A DNA stretch of 64,000 nt from Limisphaerales bacterium (GTDB taxonomy: Bacteria > Verrucomicrobiota > Verrucomicrobiia > Limisphaerales > AAA164-E04): assembly GCA_965221075.1 (NCBI GenBank), contig OZ244865.1, positions 132,043 to 196,042 on the forward strand, in the 5' to 3' direction. The notes under the pieces were generated by a model. That model was not told the DNA's origin and made no database searches. It was given only the letters and a program-made list of their open reading frames with translations. Both the position numbers and the translations under genes were made by a program. Numbering within the stretch: the stretch's first letter is position 1; the number at the start of each line of letters is the position of its first letter. Below, in pieces: positions 57,325 through 64,000 of the stretch.

Positions 57325-60300
57325 CTACTCGCCGGAAGGCTTCTGCAGGAAGGCGAACAGGTCACGGATCTGCCCCGGATCCAGATCCCGGAGCAGTCCC
57401 TGGGGCATCGCCGAGATGGAGGAGCGCTTCCTGCCGGCCACATCCCGGCGTCCCAGGGTCAGGAGGCTGCCCGAGAGATCCCTGAGGGTCACCGTGCTCT
57501 CGTCCTCCCGTTCCAGGAAGCCCGATGCGGTGACCTGTTCGTCCTGGCCACGGAGGATGAGGGTGACCCATTCGTACTCCTCCCTGACCGCCAGCCCCGG
57601 GTCGACAATGGCGGTCAGGAGGTACTGGGTGTTGCTCCGCTCGTACCCGGTCAGATCGGGGCCCACGGCCCGTCCGGCACCGAACAGGCGGTGGCAGGGA
57701 GCGCACAGCGCCCCGAAGAGGGCCTCTCCCCGCTGCGCATCGCCAGGCCCCCCGTCCAGGGCGCGGAGAACCCTCCGCCCCTCCGCGCTCTGGGGAGCCT
57801 GTACGGCCTCCAGCCTCCACTGGACACCGGGCAGGAGAGCCACCCGTTCCTCCTCGACCGCCTGCTGCAGCTGGACGGCCCACGAGGGACGGCCGGAGAG
57901 CACTCCGGCCAGAGCCTGCTGCCATGAACGGTCCTCGGTCCGGGCCATGGCCTGGAGCAGCGCACGGGCCACCCTGTCCCCGGAATAGAAGCGCAGCCCG
58001 TTGAGAGCCTCGGACCGCAGCGGGGAGCCTTCCTCCTGCACCAGGGAGAGGAGCAGGGGAAGCGCGCCGGGATCCCCCTTTCGGCAGAGGTTCTGAAGCA
58101 GCCTCCGCCTTCCCTCCGGATCGAGGGCCGGGTCCGACACGGCGGCAATGGCAGCCTCCAGGCCCGAGGGGCTTTCCAGGGCCAGGGCCAGGGCCAGCAT
58201 CTCCATGTCCCCCCCTTGGCTCTTCCACAAAGGCTCCAGGGCCTGCTCCAGAGAGGCGGGGATCTGCGGGGCAGGAATCCCCCGCAGCGCAAGCTCCATG
58301 CCACGGGCCAGCGCCCGCTGCAACCGGCCTTCGGGAGCCAGGCTCAGGAGGATGGCGCAGCGATCGAGGTACCCCTGCCTGCGATCGGCCATGAAGCGGC
58401 GGCCGGTCCGCTCGGCCAGGTGGGATTCGAACAGGGGCAGAGACCAGATCCCGGGGTCGCGCAGGAATTCCAGTGTCTCCTGGGGATCGCTGCGGATCTG
58501 CTCCACCAGAAGCCACCAGCAGAGGAGCGGGTAGGCCGGATCCCCGACCTGTTCTCCATGCTCCAGGAGGGATCGCAGGAGAGGCAGGGCCTGGGGGAGC
58601 GGCAGCCGCCGCGCCGAGGAGGCAGCCTGAGCCAGGACCTGCTCGTCGGTCTCGGCCTCGAGCCGGCGCAGGAACGCCTCGAACAGGGACGGGGCAAGGG
58701 GAAGGGATGGATCGCACAGCAGGCGGATGGTCCAGCGCCGCACCGGGCCCTCGCCGCTTTCCAGGGTCCGGAGAGCCGTCGCCTCGTCCAGACGGCCCAG
58801 GGCATGGATCGACCAGAGGCACTCCAGGGCGAGGAGGCCGCCCTGCTCCAGGCCCGCCTCCAGGAGGGGAAGGACCGAGGCGTCCTGCCGTTCCCGGAGC
58901 AGGCGCCGCGCGGTTCTGCGCTGCCAATCGTCGGGCAGGCCGAGAAGTCCGACCAGGGCAGGGGAGGGCAGGCCGTCCAGATCGGGGGCCCTCGCCGGAG
59001 GTCGATGGACATCCCTCAGCCGGTAGATCCTCCCCCTCTCCCTGTCCCAGTTGTCGCGGGGATCGAGATGGGTGATCCGGGCGTCGTACCAGTCGGCCAG
59101 GTAGAGGTCGTTGCCGGGGCCCAGAGCCAGGTGCACCGGACGGAACCAGGGATCGCGGCTGAGAAGGGGAGCGGGCTCCTCCACCGTATGGAAGGTTCCC
59201 TGGTGCGGAACCATCCTCAGGGCATGAAGCCGGTTGCCCAGGGGGTTGGGCCCCACAAGCCGCCCCTGCAATCCCGGGATGCCCTCGCTCGGGTAGGGGA
59301 TCCACTGGTGCACCATGCGCAGGCTGGATCCCTGGACCGGTATCCCCTCCAGGTGCCCGTAGGTGTGGGCCCGGGTGAAGGGGCCGTGCTTGCCGAAGTT
59401 CTTCCGGTAGAATCCCCCCTGGCGGAAGTGGACGGCCTGCATGCGCCCGTTGGTGCCGGAGAGAAGCCGCCCCTGGGAGTCGAAGGCCAGGCCGAAGTTG
59501 TTCCAGCCCCCCTCGGAGAAGAGCTCGAACCGGTGGGAGTCCGGATGGTAGCGCCACACCGCCTGCCCCAGGAAGACGGCTGGAGGCTCCCCGGGACGGA
59601 AGGGCGAACGCACCCGGGCGGTCACTGTGCTTCCGGTGGCCCCGTAGAGCCAGCCGTCGGGGCCCCACGCCAGGCTGTTGGCGACAGAGTGGGTGTCCTC
59701 CAGTCCGAAGCCCGAGAGGTGCACGACCGGGGCTCCATCGGGCCGATCGTCGCCGTCGGAGTCGGGAAAGAATAGAAGGTAGGGCGGCTGCAATACCCAC
59801 AGCCCTCCGGAGGCGAAGGCCAGCGAGGTGGCAAGGGAGAGCCCCTCCACGAAGGTCCCGTGGCGCTCGGGCGCTCCGTCCCCGTCCAGGTCCTCGTGGA
59901 AAGTGATCCGATCACGTCCAGCGAAGCGTCCCTGGAGGGGAGGCGGGGGCGGCACCTGGTCGTAGATCCGCCTGAGATGGGCATCCCAGGCCAGAGTCTC
60001 CAGACCCGCCGGATCGGGATACTGCAGGTACTGGACCACCCACAGGCGGCCCCGGGCGTCGAAGTCGAGGAACAGGGGCTGACGGACCTGCGGCTCGCTC
60101 GCTACCGCGTCCAGGGCCAGGCCCTTCCCCAGCACGAAGGCATCCAGTGCGGAGGCCGGATCCAGGGGCTGTCCCTTGTCTTCGATCCGGGCGTGGACGC
60201 TGGCGTTGCCGTCGAATCTCCTCCTGACCGACTCCAGGGCCGCCAGCCGCTCCCGGGCGTCGACTTCCACCAGGGCTCCCTCCAGGCGGCCCGGTTTCTC

Positions 60301-60786
60301 CGCTCCCACTTGCAGAGCGGCCCAGCGGGGATCGTCCCCGCTTCGGGCCAGCCACCGGCCCGACAGGTCGATCGCGTCCCGGATCCGAGAGAGGCGGACC
60401 GGACCTTCGGTAATGGCGCCGCCGCCCTGGCGGGAATAGATCCGCCAGGCAATCAGGTTGGGACGCCCGTAGCGAATCTGGTCGGGCTCAATCACATAGG
60501 GACGCCTCACCGGACTGGCCGGCAGAGCGAAATCAGGGGGGAAGGAGCCGCTGGCCCCGATCCGCTCCCCGTTGAAGTAGGCCTCGTCGCACTCCCGGAT
60601 CCTTCCTGCCTCCAGCAGCAGCCGACTCCCTTCCCACGAGGCGGGGACGGTGACCTCGCAGCGCAGCCAGGAGAACGGCACGCCTCCCTCCAGATCTCCT
60701 GGCACCTCCACCTCCCGCCATCCGGAGTGGTCTGCGCCACGCGCCAGGAATGCCAGGAGCGAGAGGACCGGAAGAAGAATGCGCAT
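57325..60786 (-). CDS. PVC-type multidomain heme-binding protein (sugar-binding-like domain + membrane-bound-dehydrogenase-like beta-propeller + HEAT repeats + C-terminal cytochrome c)
   Basis: Start MRILLPVLSLLAFLARGA is a signal peptide. The middle has FDARGRLWVVQY and WGPDGWLYGATGS. HEAT-like repeats follow. The C-terminus has GEALFGALCAPCHRLFG (CxxCH). About 1153 aa. Confidence 0.8.
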   Translation of the reverse strand: MRILLPVLSLLAFLARGADHSGWREVEVPGDLEGGVPFSWLRCEVTVPASWEGSRLLLEAGRIRECDEAYFNGERIGASGSFPPDFALPASPVRRPYVIEPDQIRYGRPNLIAWRIYSRQGGGAITEGPVRLSRIRDAIDLSGRWLARSGDDPRWAALQVGAEKPGRLEGALVEVDARERLAALESVRRRFDGNASVHARIEDKGQPLDPASALDAFVLGKGLALDAVASEPQVRQPLFLDFDARGRLWVVQYLQYPDPAGLETLAWDAHLRRIYDQVPPPPPLQGRFAGRDRITFHEDLDGDGAPERHGTFVEGLSLATSLAFASGGLWVLQPPYLLFFPDSDGDDRPDGAPVVHLSGFGLEDTHSVANSLAWGPDGWLYGATGSTVTARVRSPFRPGEPPAVFLGQAVWRYHPDSHRFELFSEGGWNNFGLAFDSQGRLLSGTNGRMQAVHFRQGGFYRKNFGKHGPFTRAHTYGHLEGIPVQGSSLRMVHQWIPYPSEGIPGLQGRLVGPNPLGNRLHALRMVPHQGTFHTVEEPAPLLSRDPWFRPVHLALGPGNDLYLADWYDARITHLDPRDNWDRERGRIYRLRDVHRPPARAPDLDGLPSPALVGLLGLPDDWQRRTARRLLRERQDASVLPLLEAGLEQGGLLALECLWSIHALGRLDEATALRTLESGEGPVRRWTIRLLCDPSLPLAPSLFEAFLRRLEAETDEQVLAQAASSARRLPLPQALPLLRSLLEHGEQVGDPAYPLLCWWLLVEQIRSDPQETLEFLRDPGIWSLPLFESHLAERTGRRFMADRRQGYLDRCAILLSLAPEGRLQRALARGMELALRGIPAPQIPASLEQALEPLWKSQGGDMEMLALALALESPSGLEAAIAAVSDPALDPEGRRRLLQNLCRKGDPGALPLLLSLVQEEGSPLRSEALNGLRFYSGDRVARALLQAMARTEDRSWQQALAGVLSGRPSWAVQLQQAVEEERVALLPGVQWRLEAVQAPQSAEGRRVLRALDGGPGDAQRGEALFGALCAPCHRLFGAGRAVGPDLTGYERSNTQYLLTAIVDPGLAVREEYEWVTLILRGQDEQVTASGFLEREDESTVTLRDLSGSLLTLGRRDVAGRKRSSISAMPQGLLRDLDPGQIRDLFAFLQKPSGE

Positions 60787-60911
60787 CTTGGGGAAGACAC
60801 GATGATGTGCCCGTACCCGCCCCCGGACAAGCTCCACCGCCGACTCTTCCAATGATGGCGGGACATCTGCCCGTACAGCATTTCGCAACCAACCAGCATG
60901 ACCAGCGACAA

Positions 60912-62127
60912 GCCTCCGGCTCAGCCTGTCTGCAACGGTCCTGGAAGGACACCGGATGGGCGTAGCCATGGCGCACCGTCTCCCGAGCCGCAGACAGATC
61001 CCTCCGGTTGCCTGGAAGCCAATTCCATTCCAAGCGGTCGGGAGGCAGAGCCCCCTGCAGTGGAAGGCCTGAGGCATCCGGCCCCGGCAGGGCGATGCGG
61101 CGTCGCCCTGCCTTGAACAACTCTGCCCATGCTTTGAGAGGAACGATCATTGGACGGATCAAGCGGTCCAATGCCGTTGACAGGGTCCATGGAGCGTCAA
61201 GGTCTCGCGCTGTCCCGGGGAGCGGAGCCTTGACGAGCCAACTCCGGAGAATAGAATTGGATCCAGGAAGCAGATGGCGAATCGTCCCATTCAGCTTCGT
61301 CCAACCGGATAGGAACGCCCCATGGGCCGCGATCTTTCCGCCACCGCGCCTGTCTTGCTCGAACTTACGCTTGCCGCAGACCTGGATTTCGACAAGCCCA
61401 GGCGCAGGCCGAACGTGCGTTTCGACTGCACTCGGCATGCGCGCTTGGAGCACGGCTGCGTCGAGGAAGCCCATCCGCTGCATGAATCCCCGGCAAAGCT
61501 CTCCCGCCACCTGAACTGCTTCCAGAACAACTGCCTACTCGAGGCATGCGCGCCTCGAGTGGGACCGGTCAAGGGGAGCGCTGCACCGGTGGAACCTCAT
61601 TGGGCTGGATGCAGATCCGCCTTCTCATCGCTCTTCGAGAACTCTGGAAGATCCCGAAGCGACAACGCAGCTCTCAGGGAATTGCTCTTTGCGCTTCTCA
61701 AGAAAACCGGCAGTGCTGGCCCTGCCCAGCACGCCGATCCCGATGAGCCCGACGCCACATTCACGGAACGAACCCGGAGGCGCAAAATGCGGCCCCACAA
61801 GATTGCCATCCTCGATCAGATCGACGTCGTAGCGGCAACGCCCGATCGATTGCGCGGCAGCGTGAGCCGTTCCAAGGCCGAGCCCATAAGGGCGGTCGCC
61901 AGGACTCTCCGAGAGCACGTCCACGGCATCTCTTCCTGGACGCCAGCCCGCCTAGCCGCAGCAACCGCCATAACCCTCGACGGACTGTTCCGGAACGCCA
62001 AGCTCCGCATCCAGGGCTGCCGCCGATTCGAAGCCATCCAACCCTTCTTCTTCGGCAATGTCGGAAAGCCTTGCTTCGCCAAGCCCGGCCACGATTTCGC
62101 ATAGGCCGCACGAAACACGGCAGAGTC
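60912..62127 (+). mobile_element. Decayed, internally deleted copy of the same ISL3-type element
   Basis: The leader shares blocks with 46783..47214 (tagccatggc, cagacag, gccccctgc, ccttgacg, ataggaacgccc-ATG). The right end taggccgcacgaaacacggcagagtc resembles taacccacacgttttttggtagagcc. About 1.2 kb against 1.68 kb for the intact copy. Boundaries are approximate. Confidence 0.55.
61322..62104 (+). pseudogene. Degenerate ISL3 transposase gene (internal deletion, many substitutions)
   Basis: VEPHWAGCRSAFSSLFE aligns with VEPPWAGRRSGFTLLFE. SKAEPIRAVARTLREHVHGISSW...LDGLFRNAKLRIQGCRRFEAI aligns with SKVEPMKAVARMIRKHIHGIAAW...LNGLFQSAKRRARGYRCFKTI. The central DDE region is missing. Confidence 0.65.
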
Positions 62128-62170
62128 AAGATCAAGCAACGGCGCCCGATAGGAAAGAAGCAGAACAGCA

Positions 62171-63154
62171 ATGAAGTTTTTCTTTATATCGACACTGGCT
62201 GTTGGAGCAGTACTGCTGGTTCTGGTGCTCAACCGCTTGTCGACGCCACCAGTCGATTCTGCAGCGGTCAAGGGAGAAGCTGTGCATGAATCTCCCGATG
62301 GACTGTCTGAATCGAGCGATAGCGCGAGCACCCCCGATGCCGGCACATCCACGGCAAACCTGCACAATCGCAATCGAGAGGATCGCGAAGCCATTGCAGG
62401 CGCCGTGGAGCCTATTGCCTCGAAAGACGGCGAAACGCCGTCTTCGAATTCTGCATACAACGAAGCTTATAGGCTGCAGGAGGAAGAACGGGAAAGAGCC
62501 CGCAAGCATGGACAATGGCTCGAATCAAGAAGGGGCTGGATCGACAGCTTTCCCTACAAGCCTACGTACAACCCGGATCTGCGCTATACCCCAAGCATGC
62601 TTGGAAAGGACAATCCGTATCCAAAGGAGCAGATCGACGATCTGCTGTCCGAAGCGGAAAAAGAAACATCCCAGGTCTTTCAGGAAGCAGCTCAAAGAAC
62701 TGCGGAAATTGAAAAGGAATGGGAGAAAAGCAATGCAGAAATCGCCGATGCGCGACACCGGGTTTGGAACCATGCTTACTTGAGGCAGTTCTATCAAAGC
62801 AACATGAGGTTTACCAAGGAGTTCGAACAGGTCCACGGCATTATGAAAGACTTCGGCTACGAAGACAATACAAGACTGGTGGCAGAACTCTACGATCTCC
62901 TGAGAAACCACCATCGAACGGCAGGCGACTCCGGTGGCACGAACCACCGCAGACTCATGGTGGAAGCGATGCTGGGCATTGCGCCATTCGTCAACGGCGA
63001 GCCGAAGCCAACCAAGCAGGAGGCGTACGCAATCCTTGAAAGGCTAATCAAGGACATTGACGGGGAAGGAATTCTGGAAATCGATGGAATGTTTTTTGCA
63101 AACGACAAGTACATCGACGAACTAAAGGAAGGAGATCCCCTGTTGTACAGGTAG
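62171..63154 (+). CDS. Hypothetical membrane-anchored protein (no recognisable family), lower-GC region
   Basis: 327 aa. N-terminal TM helix FFFISTLAVGAVLLVLVL, a Ser/Asp/Glu-rich linker, then a charged helical region. Clean ORF in a region of reduced G+C. Confidence 0.5.
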   Translation: MKFFFISTLAVGAVLLVLVLNRLSTPPVDSAAVKGEAVHESPDGLSESSDSASTPDAGTSTANLHNRNREDREAIAGAVEPIASKDGETPSSNSAYNEAYRLQEEERERARKHGQWLESRRGWIDSFPYKPTYNPDLRYTPSMLGKDNPYPKEQIDDLLSEAEKETSQVFQEAAQRTAEIEKEWEKSNAEIADARHRVWNHAYLRQFYQSNMRFTKEFEQVHGIMKDFGYEDNTRLVAELYDLLRNHHRTAGDSGGTNHRRLMVEAMLGIAPFVNGEPKPTKQEAYAILERLIKDIDGEGILEIDGMFFANDKYIDELKEGDPLLYR

Positions 63155-63766
63155 GGCGAGGCAGAGGACGTGCTTGCCCGCCTTGAACCGGAAGCGGGCG
63201 CATTGGATACACGGATATGCCGCTGCGGAAGGCCTAAACGGCCGTCAACTCCTTCCGCTTGGTCTCGAAGCCGGCAGGATCGGGGTTCAGATCTTAAGTA
63301 ATCCGAAGCCGTCCGGGTTTTTCACTGTTGCATGCTGAAGCCTACCGTAGATTCCCGATAGGCGCCGATCGGCCCTGACTAGAGAGCTTCTCGGGATCAG
63401 CATTTTGCAAACCATGGCAGGCTTGCGTGAATCTTGAGCGGTCCCGTGACTTTCATGCTCACCATTCACCGCCACACTGATGCGTCGGCCCTCTCACGAA
63501 GCTCTGGAAGTCCAGACGGCGAGGGATCGAAGCGAGCAGTGCCATTAACAAGATTCTTTTCAATGAGCGGGGCGAAACCATCAAGCTTCGGCCAAGGATA
63601 GTCACGAAGACCGATAGCGTCCTGGATTCTGCGAACAGGACGATGATCCAATGAAATGATCCGCGCCTGATCCGGTTCTGACGCCGGACACGAGCCTAAG
63701 AATAATTCACGCGCTCCGACTGGAACTGCAAGGCTAGATCCATGATCGGCTTGTCAATTCATTGAA

Positions 63767-63791
63767 GGATTGCTTTCTAGGAAAGCAATCC
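63767..63791. repeat. Perfect 11-bp inverted repeat (GGATTGCTTTC-tag-GAAAGCAATCC)
   Basis: Read directly from the sequence. It lies about 70 nt downstream of the stop of the partial minus-strand CDS at 63860. It could be a terminator stem or an operator. Confidence 0.8.
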
Positions 63792-63859
63792 CGTACAGCC
63801 TAGCCAGTTAATTGGTTCAGGCATTATGAGGAGCGACCGGCTGCACCTGGTGTTCGGAT

Positions 63860-64000
63860 TCATTCAACCAAATCCGCAAGCATTTCAATGGAGTTGCAGA
63901 TACGGTATCCAGGGACGCGATTCCCGCCCGAATCGATGTTTTCGATCTGCTTGCCGAGATACTTCTTGAAAGCCGGATCTGCATCGCAGCAGATACTGTG
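63860..64000 (-). CDS. 3' end of an unidentified CDS running off the window
   Basis: The reverse-strand frame reads ...HSICCDADPAFKKYLGKQIENIDSGGNRVPGYRICNSIEMLADLVE-stop (TGA at 63860..63862). Only 46 codons are visible and no family was recognised. Confidence 0.3.
   Translation of the reverse strand, partial: HSICCDADPAFKKYLGKQIENIDSGGNRVPGYRICNSIEMLADLVE

Overview
This is a very GC-rich chromosomal segment, roughly 65-85% G+C in the rows I counted. The gene content looks like the PVC superphylum (Verrucomicrobia, Planctomycetes or Kiritimatiellae-like): many sulfatases, a PVC-type CxxCH heme-binding multidomain protein, and futalosine-pathway menaquinone genes. All family calls come from reading the translated ORFs and recognising motifs; no database search was run.

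**Backbone genes.** These include an LMW protein-tyrosine phosphatase, DAHP synthase, citramalate synthase, ValRS, tRNA-Arg(CCU), TrpD, a Sua5/TsaC-type enzyme, a DUF1343 (NamZ-like) protein, Hpt, MoaD, MoaE, a GuaB3-like protein and RecF. There is also a TolC/MacA/MacB-type efflux operon, an ExbB/ExbD/TonB-like cluster and a Wzc/Wza polysaccharide-export pair. Many operons are coupled by 4-nt ATGA or GTGA start/stop overlaps.

**Most unusual content.**
- There are six paralogues of an internally duplicated ABC-2-permease-like membrane protein with no ATPase partner nearby.
  - One GC-rich tandem triplet lies at 11.85-18.6 kb. It carries a visible duplication scar and a 158-bp perfect-identity tract.
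  - A second tandem triplet at 41.9-50.0 kb has much lower G+C (some rows about 33-35%). It forms a decay series: one intact copy, one copy with a single in-frame TGA at a conserved Trp, and one copy split by two insertions. Both insertions, an ISL3-type IS and a 445-bp MITE-like element, can be excised in silico to restore the reading frame.
- A MqnE-MqnA fusion gene sits in an operon with a UbiA prenyltransferase and two DUF990-type permeases.
- A four-gene operon (small ORF, TatD-like, EboE-like TIM barrel, HEAT-sulfatase) resembles a reduced ebo cluster.
- One sulfatase homologue has lost the formylglycine Cys, and another has a non-canonical CxVxR motif.
- The MacA-type adaptor ends in a canonical EF-hand loop.

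The long overlapping ORFs in the six-frame track are mostly high-GC artefacts and were not annotated.
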